Positions 14,201 through 27,570 of a DNA stretch of 64,000 bases are shown here, piece by piece. Where the stretch lies: assembly GCA_049724395.1 (NCBI GenBank), contig JAUGWO010000023.1, positions 310,001 to 374,000 on the forward strand, in the 5' to 3' direction. Below the pieces are notes generated by a model that searched no databases, had not been told where the DNA came from, and saw nothing but the letters and a program-made list of their open reading frames with translations. The stretch comes from Spongospora subterranea f. sp. subterranea (Eukaryota). Every line of letters begins with the position of its first letter. The stretch's first letter is position 1. The translations under genes were made by a program, and so were the position numbers.

Positions 14201-15015
14201 ACCTATGGAGAGAGAGAGTATCTCAAGTGCGGGCTTGTTACTGGGAGGAGCTTTTGAGGCAAGAGCCAAAAAAGTGAATCTTGGCCCTACAGCCGAGGGA
14301 CCGGTCGACCTGCATGAAAAGTGCAAACTCAATCACAAAAGAAAAACAACTGGCTGACACCTTCGAGGAATATTTACTACCGCTGGTTGATCCTGAGCAA
14401 ACCGATCTGCTACTAACCGTCCAGGACGGTTAATTCTGCTACGATCGTCTTTGATTTTGGGATCTGCTGCATTCATCTTTAACTTTCATGAAATAACTGA
14501 GCATCATTGATGATAGTTTAGGATTACTCTATCGGTTTTGCTCAGGTTCCACCAGCGGTACATAGTATATATTACCCGAAGGCGTCAACGCTTTGAATCA
14601 GCTCCAAGTTATATCTGCCACATCATGTCCGGCCACCGTTGCAGGGAGGTGCGACCCGAATTTCTGGTAGGCGGCCAACAAATCAGTCGGAACATTCGCC
14701 TTGCCCAACTGTTCCTGCCATTTCCGCAGTAATTGGAGTGATACTGTACCCTGGCATGTTGGGTTGGAACAGGTTGGGACCAACAGGTACAGGACAGGGT
14801 CTCCTCGGTATTGTCTGATCCACGTCGCCTAACTCATCCAGTGTTTGGGTGCTCTGTCGAGTGTACATACAGTGAAAAACCGCTGAGCCGATTTATGTGC
14901 AGTTTAGTGTACGACGATGAGTTGGCAGAAGTGGATGATGCTGTGTCACTCGTTAGTTTGTGGGGTCGCGCACTCGAATTCAGTCGCTGATTGGGGTCTT
15001 AGCGACGACTATTGA

Positions 15016-18000
15016 ATGGAGAATGCAAAGAAAAGCGATCGACAAGGTATATCAAACATTCATAGTATCCATCCGGCCAATCCATCCAAAAGTTATTGCG
15101 AAAATACTACGCTGATATTTAATCATGAAGCTTATTGGACAATTGACTTCAACGCGTTTTTAATCAAAGGCGTTTCACATCAAATTCCATTATTTTCGCA
15201 TTTCAATATAATTCTGAATTGCCGACACAATCTACATTTTCAGCCCCAACATCATTGCTTGTTGTTAAGTATCTTACTTATTTTTGCTTTGAAGAATCGT
15301 CGCCGTTTGAAGGGTTGCAAAAATCACTAGTTTTGCACGAGTCGCAGATCTTCAGCGAAGCGCCACTTAATCCGAAAAATTGTTGTCGCGTCCTAACTAA
15401 GATCCTGTACCTGCTATGTCAGGGCGAGAAATTCACCAGCGATGAGGCGACGGGCGTTTTCTTCGGAACCACGAAGTTGTTCCAATCGCACAACGTAGGA
15501 TTACAGCCAACTGTTACTGATCCGGTTGAATGTGATGGGTTTCCGTTTCCATTCCCTTGCCTCAAAATTTTGCGTGTGTTCTGCTCGTAATTTGTTTTTA
15601 AATCACTTTTTCCTCAACATTTCAATTATGTTTTGTCGGGACTGTCTCATCCGCGTGCTTTGCGAGAGAATTCCATTCGCTGGCGCATTACATGTTTTCG
15701 CGTAGTTCGTCGAGTAACAAACTGTTTCTTATTAACATTTCAGGTGGCGCTTCGTCGTATGGTGTATTTGGTGATCAAAGAGCTGGCTCGCGGCCAGGAC
15801 AACGTATTTGTCGTGATCAACTGCCTCAGCAAGGACATGACAAGCAATAACGACATGTTCCGGGCCAACGCAATCCGCGTTTTTGCCAAAGTTATCGATG
15901 CATCCATGCTTGGGACGATGGAGCGTTTTCTGAAACAAGCGATTGTGGACCGAAACCCTACCGTCGCCTCTGCTTCGTTAATCGCCGGGCAGCAGCTTTT
16001 TCGAATCGCGCCTGATGCCATAAAGCGCTGGCAAAATGAGATTCAAGAAGCCCTTAACAGCAAGTCCAACATGGTCCAGTACCATGCCTTCGCCTTGCTC
16101 TGCATGGTTAAACAAAATGATCGTTTAGCCATAACGAAAGTAACGCAGCTTTTTGTCAAAAACACTTTGAACTCTTTCTTGTTTCGACTTTTAAGTTGCA
16201 ACATTCATTATTTTTATTGTAGAGCATAAATGTGGCTGTTTTTTTTTAAAATCGACTTACCTCTGTTTTCCTTTCCCGACTGATGTTCTGGCAGATTGTT
16301 GTCTCGTTGACGGTTCGCCCGCCTCGCTCTGTATTGCTGCATTGTTTGCTCATTCGATATGTGGTCAAGATTCTCCGAGTTGAACACGACCAAGTCGGTA
16401 GCAATGCCCGTTTCAATGTCTTTATGGTGATATCCTATATTTCAGGCTCTCTTGGATTTTTTGCTAGCAGCCTTGCGAAATTCGTCATCGCCGGTCGCCT
16501 TTGAAGCGATTCGTGGCGTATGCTCCTTGCCATCCATCGCGGCACATCATATTCAATCTGCTATATCGTGTATGTTGTCACGTTCACAACAACGAATTGT
16601 TATCTATGCCTTGTTACGCCGTGCTCTTCATTCACTTTCTAACCCTTTTAATTTGGCGCACCATGCACAGCCTTTATTTGTTTAACTGGGGTTCAAGTGA
16701 ATTACGTTGACGTTTCCCAATATTGTGTTGCTTATGATTTCGAGTGAAGCTGTTATTGATTTACCCTCTGTACAGCTGTGCAATATTATCTTGGTTCATC
16801 ACTTGCAGCCGAACGATTCGCTGCCGTCCGCATCTTGGCATCGACTGTTTCCTTGTACCCGACCTACATCGTGCCCTGCAGCACCGATCTGGAAATGTTA
16901 CTTCAGGATCCAAATCGTAGCATTGCCACGCTGGCGGTCACTACCTTGGTAGTTTTATTCTTTGCTGTGGATTAGTATCTGTATTATTGATTTGGGCGCA
17001 GTTGAAAACGGGCGTAGAAAGCTCGATCGAAAGACTAATGAAGTCGATCTCGACGTTCATGGCTGAGATCAGCGACGAATTGAGAATTGTTTTAGTAGAT
17101 GCTATTCGCTCTCTTTGCCTGAAATTTCCACAGAAACATGTTGCGTTGATGGCGTTTCTGTCTTCCATTTTACGAGAAGAAGGTACTACTTTATGTGTTA
17201 GTTTATGAAACTCTCGGGGTTGTTGTTTTTGGCACAAATTGCAGATTTTATTCTGTCCAGAGGTGTTTCAACCTCAAATATTTTTAGGGGGTCTTGATTA
17301 CAAATCAAGAATTGTTATGACGATTCTTACGCTGATGCAAGAAATCGATGACGCTAAAGAATCGGGGCTAGAACATCTGTGCGAGTTCATTGAGGATTGT
17401 GAGTTCCCCACATTGGCCGTGAAGATCCTCTATGTTCTCAGTGAAGAAGGACCCAAGTATTGTTTCTTCACTGCGTTCTTGCTTTGCTTATCTCAACACG
17501 GTGTTTAGAACAAAGAATCCTGGTCGATATATTCGATTTATATATAATCGCATCATTCTTGAGGTGCCATCCATTCGGGCGGCAGCCGTCCAGTCCTTGG
17601 CTCGCTTTGCTGCTGCGTGCCCTGCCCTGTCTCCCAGCTGTGTCGCACTTTTGAAAAGGTTGCAAATTTCGCATGTCCTTCATTCATGTTGTTTGTGTTG
17701 TAATAATTACGCTTTCGACATCGTTTCAATGCATGAGTCGTATCTCAACTGTGGTGATCAGAGGTTTACGTGATAATGACGATGAGGTCCGCGACCGCGC
17801 CACGTATTATTTGGCTTTATTGAAGGAGCCAAACCAGTGCAGCAATCAACTGCTTACTAAACGTATTGGTTTCGTGTCTGTTTGTTCGTTTTTTCTTATC
17901 TCGTCATTTAGGCCCTGTAATCAACTGGCTAGCGCTAGAGCGTTCGTTGCTGCTGTACATTTCAGATCCCAGTAAACACCAAAGGCCGTTCTCGATGAAT

Positions 18001-19209
18001 GATGTTTCCTCTGTTGAAACCCCCGTTGCACCGCAGCTCGACGTTCGTGAGCCAACTCATAACGCGTTCGATTTCTCCAGTCAGCCAGCTGGTAACCATG
18101 AACTGATTCGGCTACCATGTTTCTGATCCGTTACGCAGCTGCTTCGGAAGCAAACGCCATCAATCCATTTATTGGCTTGATAAACAGCATTCCAGAATTC
18201 GCGTCATTGGGTCCTTTATTCAAGTATAGTCCAGGTGGTTGTTGTCTTTCGCTTCACTGATCAAACTCCAGGTCTACGACTCCTATTGAGCTTACCGAAG
18301 CCGAAGCTGAATATGTCACGTCTTATGTCAAGCATATCTTCAGCAATCACGTTCTTTTGCAGGTAGCACCGGTATCTGGTACATAATGTAATCAAGTTGA
18401 CCGGGTTGCAGTTTAATATTACAAGCTTCATGGAAGGGCAGGTTCTCGTCAATGTATCCGTCGATCTGGAAACAGACGACGAATGGGTTGAAGAAATGAG
18501 CGTTCCAGCTCCAATATTAGAACATGAAGGTGCGGCAGTAAAGTTTATTTGGGACTTTTGAATGTAAACCAAAGTTTGTAGTTGGAGGAGTTGTCTGGAT
18601 ATGCCTGTCCAGACCAGAGGGGCAGTACATTTCGCCGTCCATCCCAGGGACTTTGAAATTTTCCGTTCGCGATGCCAACGCTGATGCTGATGAAGCCGGT
18701 TATGATGATGAATATGAGTTGGAGGTTAGTTTCTCATATTGCATCTCGGCTGTTTCACATAAGATTCGCAGGAGCTGTCGATATCAGCTCATGATTTTGT
18801 GAAGCACGCTGACCAGCCTGTCAGCTTAGGTGAGTTCAGGCAGCTTTGGGATGGCTCGTCAACAACTGGTGAAGCCATTGTGAAACTCGATCTGGACGTG
18901 CCCACGCTTCAAGAAGCGGTTAATCGTCTCAGGGACCAGTTGCCCTTCCTGGTCGTTGATAACGCCACATTTGTGGAACCCGATGCTAACACACATAGTT
19001 TGAACATGTACGGCCAGGCGCTAGGCTCTAGTGAGCTTATCCTAGTTAGGGCAGGGTTTATGAAGCCAAAGGTAAGGGCGAGACAGAAAAACACTCTGTG
19101 TTTTGTTTTAGAGAATGCCTGGTAGGGTCAAACTGGAGTCGTTGCCAAAGTCGCAGTTCGCTGTCAGTCATCAGAGTGGCCACAACTGGTCACCCAAATT
19201 ATTCGCTGA
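15016..19209 (+). CDS. COPG: Coatomer subunit gamma, multi-exon
   Basis: SPFEGLQKSLVLHESQIF, VFFGTTKLFQS, LRRMVYLVIKEL, FRANAIRV, GLEHLCEFIEDCEF, YIRFIYNRIILE, DNDDEVRDRATYY, LTEAEAEYV. Confidence 0.97.
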
Positions 19210-22080
19210 GGTCCTATCCCATTTTGATATCCCTTCTTTCGCTACTGTGCTATCTCCCAACAAAGAGGGCAGGGGTCGACTCCTGTCTACATTAGCTTAG
19301 TGCAACCACTCCATCTAATACAACACCATCAAATGTCGCGCATGACGATTTCCATGATCGCAAATGATACACTATGAATTCTCTTTGTCATAGATACCGA
19401 TATCACATTCTTGTTTTTGGAAGAGGTTCTTGACAATATCTCGGAATCACCTGCACAGTTCAAGAGTACCTATTCGAGCGTCAGGTCGTCATTGCTGCAG
19501 TTCCGATACGTGATTTCCACTAACCACTAACTGGTACAAACTGGTAGTTGGGAGAGAAATCCAAAAACATTGATTGATCGAGGATTTCGAAATCGGTCGG
19601 ACGCGCATCCCGTAGCGGTTCCGTGTTCTGCAACATTGAATCGCTGCTCGTTAGCAACCCTTCATACTCCGCTTGAGATTGTGGTTTTTCTGTCTCAGAA
19701 ATGCTTCAAAGTAACCTGACGTTGCCCATGGTTTATTTACATTTTGAGTCTGGCTTGTTGTAATGGATTTGACAAACTGATGACGATCAGTACCGCGTAT
19801 CACAAACGAAGCAGTTCATCGATGATCGTGAAACAAAATGGCCAAGCTCCGGATGCGGTGCATAACATCGATCATCAATGTGATTTAACTAAGGAGAACT
19901 TTGCAGCGTCGGTTTTGCCCAGCAAGGTATGCTGGCGCAACACTCCGATCTTGATCTTGACGCGCTTCTTCATTGAACAGCAGAAAGGTGATCTTTACCA
20001 CGGATCGGTGTGTCGAGACATTGTGCATCTACTGCAGTGCATAGCCACGTTGTGGGATCGCCTGTTAAGTTCGCAGACCACAACGGGCTGAATCTAGTTC
20101 ACCGAGTATCGGTATGGCGACGCCCTGAAGGTCCCGGCACGTGATTCAATTTTGGTGAACATGTTCTGGTGTGGGTGGCCCATACAGGTGACCAATTGTG
20201 TTGTAGGCGTGGGCAGTTCATTTCGACACATTCACCGTGTGTTTTACCAGGAGGAATTGAAGATCTGATATCCCGCCCCATTCCACAATATGAAAAATCA
20301 CGTTGTCCGACAATGGCTTAGTTTGTTGTTCGTTGCGCGGCGTCTGATCTGGCGTTCAAGGTATCTTCCTAACAGGTTTCATATGTTTGTGAACTACAAG
20401 ACCACTGCTGCACAACTATGACAAACCTTAGTAAAGCTGACGACTCTTGGGCCTAACACCGACATCATCGCTTAGGACCGAGAGGCACAACGGGTCGTGA
20501 ATCTTTCTGAACGGGGTGCGGTTTTCGGGAACTTGCCCGCTCTTAAACAAGGAAAACACTCTATTACTCCACGAAATATTGACACTGGAGATGGATAGCA
20601 GTATTTTCAAGTCGATTCATCGAATTCTACGACGACAGCGATTCAAGTTAGTTTGATAAATGTTAACGGTTTAGCGTTTCGGTCAGCAGAAAAGACGATG
20701 AATGCTACATTAGGGCGGTCTACAATAGAGATGGCGGCAATTAACGGGCCGCCATAGGAAACCAACACAAATTCATTTTCCGACAAGGTGATTTTATCAC
20801 ATTGTGTCAGGGAGTATGTGATATCTCGATATTTAGCTGATCAAAACACGATGATAGTGCTGAAATTGTGAGGCACATGGTTTATCGCTGAGATGCGTTC
20901 TTGGGTCATTCCCAAAACGAGCGTAGCTCCCTCTTTGCCTGCGATAGTGTTCACTGTTTAGTTGATGTGCCTTGCACAAGGAGAATTAGTCGTTGTGTTA
21001 TCTGGACCGCGAAATATCCAGCTCGATGATCGCTTGACAATGCCAGTAATCGGCATTTGCCGTTGTCCAATGCGTTGATGAGTTGCTCACACCTTGTCAA
21101 TTTGAGGAGCGCCCACCAGGGCGTTCTTTAGACTATTGCCCTTCCCTCTCCCATGATAGACCTGACAGCACACGCTGAGTCACAAAATTGTTCGACCACA
21201 AAGCTCATCATCATCATCGATATATATACCGAGCAGGTGAGTATTTATGTCCAGCACAAACGCATTATAAGGTGGAAAGACAAGACTACAATCTTAGAGG
21301 AATCGGCTGTTTAGCGCTGTTTGGCGGTACGAGATTTTAGCCTGAGACCGTTTATGAAAACATACCTGTCCAACAAACAGGCGAGTAGTTTCAACAGAAT
21401 GTCGGTAAGGACTATATAGTCTTTACCCAGTTGTCCATAGCAATCCATCCTGCAATAAATCCTGCCTGTCCATTTGGGATCAAACAGTATTGACTGTGTC
21501 GATCGTCCAATGGATTGATGCCGCTAATGACTATCGTTATTGCCATGAACCGGTTTGTCATTTATACTGCCCAGTCTTATCCCATTCCCTTCATATATTG
21601 ATAGAACGAATAATCACAAGGCCGAAATTACAGAAATATTGTGGCAGATTATGATCAAACAATAGATTATTTTTTCATGTCGCTTCACGATTAAATCATC
21701 GATTGCAGAAATACAACATGTACCGCTCACCCATTCCCCTTAAAAGACAAGGATCGCTCTATAACCCTCTTGTCATATGTCTTCCTGGTGTTATCGGCTA
21801 ATGACAATGGATTACCACAAAATCGAGCAAACGCATCATGCTGTTGTGATCGCGAATAGCCCCTGGATATGTTAGGTCGGTCGTGACCCACTATCTTGAG
21901 CTCAGGCTAGGAATCGGGTCTTTGCGCCATTGGGCATAAACCCTGGTCGTTGTGATAAGGACCCGTTCCATCAGAGTGTCGATCAGGTTGAAATCGACAC
22001 AATGGTGTTGTGTGTGATTGGGATCACCCCCCCTTTTGACGTCATCATTGCGCCAGGTCCCATGCCATCCAACGGATTAG

Positions 22081-22210
22081 CTCAACAAGCGTGTCTTGTC
22101 TTTGATAGCTTTAACGGGGGCCATCGTCTCTGTCACATTCATTCGAGGGCGTACACATCGTCGTCTTCAGTTTCCACCATCCTACTTGATCATTGCTGAA
22201 ACAATTCGTC
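22081..22210 (+). pseudogene. Possible fragment of a 7TM-RGS gene (TM1-loop-TM2)
   Basis: VLSLIALTGAIVSVTFIRGRTHRRLQFPPSYLIIAETI resembles the TM1/R-x-H-P-L/TM2 start of the neighbouring 7TM-RGS proteins; no continuation found. Confidence 0.3.
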
Positions 22211-22591
22211 GTCGTCGACTACAAGAGTTCCTTAATGCGGTGACCGACCCCGGTCCCCCGTTTGCCGTTGCCGTTGGTCGGAATATGGCCCTTTACCCGG
22301 TGAATGATAGTGTTGTCTTCTGGGGCCAAGAAAGATATGTCATTATTTGCAGACGAAGTTCGCTTTATTTCGGAATCGTTTGATGAAGTATTAATCAATA
22401 TGGAACGCCTTCTCTTTTAACTTGGCCGATTGATGAACGGAAATAAACCCAAAGATCAAACCGAAATGAACGAGTGTACCTGAAGTTGGGATATGACGAT
22501 CAGGCCCCTTTTATCGACAGTTACAGCGACAAGATCAATCGTTGAGGAGGTCCCAAGAGAGTTTAACACAGGGTTCCTCCTCTTGTCTATC

Positions 22592-24153
22592 ATGACTTGG
22601 ATAACGACCCAATCCTACTACACCGCCCAGTTCCTCTTCACGCTTTACATGCCGATCATCCTGTATTCGTATTGGCAGCGAAGGGGGCGGATCCCAATTC
22701 AGGCCTGGAACCCCATGTCCACAACGCTATCCTATACCGCTCTCGTCGTCGCCTTATGGTTGGGAATCGCCATGGAAATATTTTGGACTCGAACGACCGC
22801 CCCGTTCTGGTTCCTGGTCCTTATAAGCGGTACCATTGCTGTCGATGGGTTCGTTCTCCAGCTTGTGACCCTACACGCTAAGTCCAAGCTGACCAAGATT
22901 CAGGTCGTACTCGCCGGCGAACAGCGCCGACGTTTCAGCTTCTCCAACGACAGCGGTAGCTTTAGCCGAGGGCAATATCGTCGACTGGGCGCGATCTGGT
23001 TTTGGAGCGCGATCCTGACCCGACGAGCGGCAATCCTGTTCGTGATCGCAAACCTGTCTGCTGTGGCCGTACCGGCCCTAGCCCTGTTCTGGCGCCATCC
23101 GTTGCTGATCACCGTGTCCGCTTTTCAGTGTCGCCATTCCAGCTACTGGTCAGGGTGTCTGGTCTATATCGACGTCACGATTGCCAAGCTGTCGTTGTCG
23201 CTGTTCACGACCTGGGCCATCGCCTTTCTGCTCAGGGCCGTTGACGATCCATACGGCGTCAAACGCGGCTTGCTCTTCTCCATAATTTCGTATTCCATCG
23301 GCACTTTTCTCTACGCCGCCTCGTTCCAGTTTGACATCAACGATTGGAACTGGGCTGTGAATCTGTTCTTAGCTGGTAGTCATGTCTCATTCTGGATTGG
23401 TGTTGTTGCTCCATTTCGAACCTCGTTTCTCCCGATCTACACAAACTTCAACGCCAACGGCGCCGCTTTGCTCGACCAGTTTCTCGTGCGACCTAAACGA
23501 TTCAATGCGTTTCTTAGTTTTTTGGAATCGGAATTCGCGGTATTAATGTCATTCAAGTCGTTATCTTATCGTTGATCTCGATCATACTCACCCTATGGTG
23601 TAGGTGGAGAATCTACTGTTCTGGCGAGCGGCGTTGGAATACCATATTCGATGTGTTAGAAGCGCGTCAGCAATCGCGGAAGGAAAAGCGCCGACCACGT
23701 GCGTGATCGACGGCTGTCAACATTTGGTGTTCGCCGACGGGGAATCCCTCAGGATCGAGGCGGTTCGCATCTACGAGACCTACATCGTTAGCGGATCCCC
23801 TTGCCAGGTTCATTGCGTTTGCGTCCCGATGCGCTCGTCTCGCTGTTAACGCCATTCAGATCAACATCGCATCGGATGTCGCCGGGCAACTATCACGACG
23901 ATTCTCACATATTGAACCCGGCCAGGGCGACGACCTAACTGTTCCGACCTGTCAAGAAGGCCTGATCGATTCGACCCTGTTCGAGGACGCTCGATCAGAG
24001 ATAGTGCAGCTGTTGAATCAGGACTCGCTCTCCAGGTTCAAATTGACAACCACAGGGCGTCGTATGTGGAAACGGTTTATGGACAATCGTGGCGATCCCG
24101 ATTGGGATGGAGAGAGCACTCGAGAGCAAACGGTGCTGACGATAACATTATGA
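22592..24153 (+). CDS. 7TM-RGS protein (multi-pass membrane domain plus C-terminal RGS domain), 3 exons
   Basis: About 7 hydrophobic segments, then VDDPYGVKRGL, then RGS motifs FLSFLESEFA|VENLLFW, IYETYIVSGSPCQ|INI and LFEDARSEIVQLLNQDSLSRFK. The start could alternatively be 22493. Confidence 0.88.
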
Positions 24154-24976
24154 TAACTGGCTTTGGGGATTGCCCGAATACACATAATAACCATAAACTG
24201 TTAACACGACCGACCCTAGAACGATTGGAGGAGACCCACGATGAGAATTGGTCCCAACCGGTGTCTTTTCAGGCCAGATACGCCTGATAGTTTAGGATTG
24301 GCCATGACCATTGGTCGGAAGTAAATAGTGACATGTCCAACGGGTGATATCGTATTCGCATTGCCAAAACACAACTGGGAAAGAGCCCACTGGTCGAAAA
24401 TTGTGGAGGAAAAATTCAAAAACGCGTTCTCCCGGTTCAGCGTTTGTAAAAAAACAGAGATCATTTCTGGCTTCTGAACTCAAATGAACCGATACAATGA
24501 CCGCAAATCAACTCGAAACAGATATATGTATTGAGGCTGATAGCGCAGGGCAGGCTTTTAGAAGCCCTAATTCCAGTGCTTGCGTGTTTCACGATCGAAT
24601 TCGGCGTTTCCCCAAACGTAGACGGCATATGCAGCCAACAACCCGGGACCAGCGTTTAAAAAGTTATCGGAAACTTTATGCATCACCTGAGATATTCAAC
24701 AGCCAGATATTATGACAACTCGTAATCTCTCGACAATGGGTGAGGTCGACCTTATGCCCAAAGTTCTTGAAGAAAGACGCGACGTGGTTGGAATGATACG
24801 GAGACATGGTATCAATCCGAAGACCATTGGTCCTATAATAAGAAAGCCACCATTTTTCCATTCCGATCATAGGGCCCCCCATAGTTATTCGATGATCTCT
24901 GATCGCCGCTGTTCCGGTTATTCGCGATGCGCTCGATGAAGTTAATAAATAAATAACCACAATCGAATGTATTGAC

Positions 24977-25583
24977 GGCCATAGACGCGTGTACCTAACT
25001 CATACGTCGACCAGTGGTTGACCCTATCGTCCAGACGCGTGTACCTACCTCATAGGTCGACCAGTTGTTGATGACGCGTGTACATATGATGTTTCGTTAG
25101 TAACTACAGTACTGCCAGAGGTGGCAATCGTCACCGTCGGCCATAGACGCGTGTACCTAACTCATAGGTCGACCAGTGGTTGATGACGCGTGTACATATG
25201 ATGTTTCGTTAGTAACTACAGTACTGCCAGAGGTGGCAATCGTCACCGTCGGCCATAGACGCGTGTACCTAACTCATAGGTCGACCAGTGGTTGATGACG
25301 CGTGTACATATGATGTTTCGTTAGTAACTACAGTACTGCCAGAGGTGGCAATCGTCACCGTCGGCCATAGACGCGTGTACCTAACTCATAGGTCGACCAG
25401 TGGTTGATGACGCGTGTACATATGATGTTTCGTTAGTAACTACAGTACTGCCAGAGGTGGCAATCGTCACCGTCGGCCATAGACGCGTGTACCTAACTCA
25501 TAGGTCGACCAGTGGTTGATGACGCGTGTACATATGATGTTTCGTGTAACTACAGCTGCCAGAGATGGCAATCGTCACCGTCG
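24977..25583. repeat. 112-bp minisatellite, ~5.4 near-identical units
   Basis: Unit starts GGCCATAGACGCGTGTAC at 25139, 25251, 25363 and 25475, with degenerate units at both ends. Confidence 0.97.
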
Positions 25584-25660
25584 TCGACGGTCATCTATGC
25601 GAGCTGGTTCAGGCGAGCTCTGGTTATTCGCGAACAATATGTCTCTTGGCCAGAAGTTCG

Positions 25661-26210
25661 ACCAGAAGATCCAGCAAGTGAACGAAGACATGAACAGGAA
25701 TTTTGCTAATGCTCCGCAGTCAGGTGATGGCGTCCACCTTGACTTGACTGGGGCATTGTATCTCGACCCGGATATGGGCGGTTTAACTACATGATCTTTG
25801 AAAACGATACTAAGAGAAGCATTGATTGTAATCACAGGTTGTATGCAAGTGCAGGAGCTGTCGCCGAAATCGTCCTTTCGAATCTCCTCATTTGGGCACG
25901 ATTGGCAATGCCGATGGTATCATCGAACCATATGTCATTGTACCTGACCCGGCTGTTATTGTCCCGTTCCAAATGAACATATCAGTGACAATGGTGCACG
26001 ATGTATGGAAGGAACGGAAATACGGCGGTAATTCCATGGACAACGTCGTTGCACCGTCGATAGAAGCGTTGGAGTCGCGCCCTGGCAATAATGGAACCAG
26101 AATATCCAGCAAGTGAACGAAGACACGAGCAAGAAATTTCTAATGCTCCGCAATGAATGACTTCAGGTGATGGCTTCCACCTTAACTAGATTGGAGCATT
26201 GTATCTCGAC
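25661..26210. repeat. Diverged ~110-bp direct repeats (25661-25767 and 26096-26210) flanking ~330 bp
   Basis: ACCAGAAgATCCAGCAAGTGAACGAAGACA...CTAATGCTCCGCA...TCAGGTGATGGC.TCCACCTT...GCATTGTATCTCGAC is present twice. Confidence 0.85.
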
Positions 26211-26285
26211 ACATGTAGACGACATTCGTTGCGGAGCATTAGCAAATCCCTGCTCATGTCTTCGATTACTTGCTGAATATTTTAG

Positions 26286-27215
26286 TTAAGAGAATGTTGA
26301 TCGCGAATGAACAGCGCTCTCCCGAACCAGCTCCCATAGATAACCGCCTACGGCCGGCAAACTCTCAGAAGACTTCGATCGTCGATGACCCCATCGACGA
26401 TCGAGGGTGACGGGACAGCTCAGCGGCAAAGGGATGGCTTCATAACGTTTGGTATATGTCATCGGCGTATCTGAATGGATACCATTCGGCAGAACGTATC
26501 GATCGTACCAACGGCATGCTTCGGACAAATGAGGCCGAGGGTCGGCCCGAACTTGAAATCGAAAAAAGAATACAAAGACAAGTCTTCGAACGGGCACGAA
26601 GTCACTGTTGAATGGCGCATCAACGCATTCTGTTGCACCTTTTCGAACTGGGTTCTTCTACGACCTTCGCCAGACCGTACGCAGAAGATGAGCGTCATTG
26701 GCGCCTTCGCCGGAATAGAATCTATGTCCAATCTCCGATAACTTAAGTTGACGAAGATTGTCACCTCTGCAACTTTGAGCGAATATAGCTGACCATCTTT
26801 CCGCTGCTTTAGACCCTCCTCGCTGTCCAAGTCCAGATAGTGCTTGGCGAGTTTGCCAAACTCATGGGCAGAAATTTCATCGGCTAAGGTGCAATACCAC
26901 GATCAACAAACAATGCATTTTCTTGATCCATAACGTCCTTCGTGGAGCTTTAAGAAGTTCTTTGATACTTGAAGGTCGTGCAGGTATCGGAAGTTCAGGC
27001 CCGTGTCTCTTCATCATTGTCATCTTTATCCTCACTATGACATTTGTATCTTGGCGTGTTGCGCCAGAAAACAGTTCTACCAGATCGGTGTCAGAAACTT
27101 TGTGGTGGTTGACCACTTCGACTTCATGTTCTGCCATCTCCTCGGACGTCAAAAGCGACAACATTGCGTCGATGGCATTATCAACAAGGGTACTCAAGAC
27201 ATGAAGGGAATTCAC
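26286..27215 (-). CDS. Possible hypothetical spliced gene (structure unresolved)
   Basis: Consecutive overlapping minus-strand ORFs with plausible GT-AG junctions; no recognisable domain. Confidence 0.3.
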
Positions 27216-27570
27216 GCCTGTAAAATTGAGGTTTACTACGAGATTGAATCGAGAACATGGCCGAATTTCGCTTTTTCAAGTCTGTGGAGATCAAGAAACA
27301 TCAGGCGCTTGCTCTTGATGCACTCGACTAAGAGAGGGAGGGCGTTTTCCACCGTTGGAGACGCTCAGCAGCGTATAAATTGTGTTGAAGGGCACAAGCG
27401 GTTCCCAAAATCAGGCGACGAGCATAAACCATAACACATAGAAACATGACTGAGTTAACTATTGGAGAAGGATTCGGCCAGAAACTTTTTGTGAACGATT
27501 CCTCTATCACAGATTGGCCATATTGTGATAGCCTGTTTCGCTTTGTCTATAATCATGGTTGAAAGCGAGT

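Noticed and set aside
19300..21900. Short ORFs in a long intergenic stretch
   Set aside because: No recognisable motifs, consistent splice path or repeats; may be old decayed sequence but unsupported.
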